A stretch of DNA of 64,000 bases from Marsupella aquatica (taxonomy: Eukaryota; Plantae; Marchantiophyta): NCBI GenBank assembly GCA_973895155.1, contig OZ316892.1:5612476-5676475 (forward strand). Reading direction: 5' to 3'. Below the pieces are notes generated by a model. That model had not been told where the DNA came from and made no database searches. It saw only the letters and a program-made list of their open reading frames with translations. The first letter of the stretch is position 1; each line of letters begins with the position of its first letter. The position numbers and the translations under genes are program-made. Shown here piece after piece: positions 63,270-64,000 of the stretch.

Positions 63270-63962
63270 TCATTTTCGCAGGGCTTTTCTTGGACCCTTC
63301 GAGCTCTTCTTTCCAACTCCAGCCTTAGATACACGAAGGCTCTTGTGTACTGCTGCTAGCCGAGCCAAAGCAGCTTGCTTAAGATCAGCTCTGTAACCAT
63401 TTTCTGCTACCTGCGAGAGTGATCCAAGTAAGTGAGAAACTCGCACTCGACCAGTCATACATCGGTAACAACGCTCAAATTTCGTCTCTGTATCGTCATT
63501 CGCAACGCTGCCATCACAACAAAAATTGCAGGAGAAATGAGGGTAACTAACCTGGTTGACGACAGCACGAGCCATCTTCCTGAAATCCCTCTTCAACACT
63601 GACGTGTTGACGGACTGGGCAGGCTGGGTTCCCTTCTTGGTCTTGGTGGTAGAAATGGCCACATTGAGCCCCTCACCGGCCGCTACGATGGCAACAGTCT
63701 TCCTGTTTGCCAAACCTGCAGGAGCAGCGGCAGTGTCAGCTAAAAGCAACTCCCCCAAGACCCATGCACTACCATACCAAATAACCCATCAGACAACAAT
63801 CTGCACACAAGCATACTCACCTGAGTACTTGAAGGTGTTCAAGTTGTACAAGTTGTTAGGCTCGGAACTGAACTGCACCGAGGCGTTGTTGTTTCCGTTC
63901 CTCTTTACCAAGAAGCTGTTATTTTTCTTCACAAGCTGCCACAACAAATCGGAGGACGCCAT
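63270..63962 (-). CDS. RPL28: 60S ribosomal protein L28 (eL28), 148 aa
   Basis: Exons 63962-63821 (MASSDLLWQLVKKNNSFLVKRNGN..FSSEPNNLYNLNTFKYS), 63715-63552 (GLANRKTVAI...KRDFRKMARAVVNQ) and 63410-63270 (VAENGYRADLKQAALARLAAVHKSL); GT-AG introns; a probable 5'UTR intron acceptor (CAG|G ATG) just before the start. Confidence 0.97.
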
Positions 63963-64000
63963 CCTGCATAGTTTCCCATCTCTTCGGTTAGATTGAAAAC

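Overview
Eukaryotic land-plant nuclear DNA, probably a liverwort-like bryophyte; this is an inference from the psbO transit peptide, gene structures and TE types. Five intact genes are present, all on the minus strand: psbO (2 exons, 14932-16190), a Costars/ABRACL-family gene (2 exons, 23896-25855), an intronless BAHD acyltransferase (33547-35046), ENY2/Sus1 (4 exons, start codon split by an intron, 58840-60157) and ribosomal protein eL28 (3 exons, 63270-63962). Much of the rest is transposon-derived. It includes a tandem array of ~200-bp TRIMs whose LTRs contain a tRNA-like Pol III cassette (12.06-12.83 kb), three MITEs with clear TIR/TSD, a foldback element and a solo LTR with a 5-bp TSD. 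An ~18-kb nested block (35.4-53.9 kb) holds a decayed L1-type LINE with two insertions in its RT, a PIF/Harbinger transposase relic, and a Tat-like Ty3/gypsy gag-protease. The apparent LTR of that Ty3 element, bounded by a PPT and a PBS, is 4.58 kb long and contains a ~3.4-kb decayed PMD-like/coiled-coil ORF. The most notable observations are the tRNA-in-LTR TRIM array, the gene-containing giant LTR and the duplicated AT|GT start-codon donor of ENY2. Coordinates were read by hand; boundaries of degenerate repeats are approximate.
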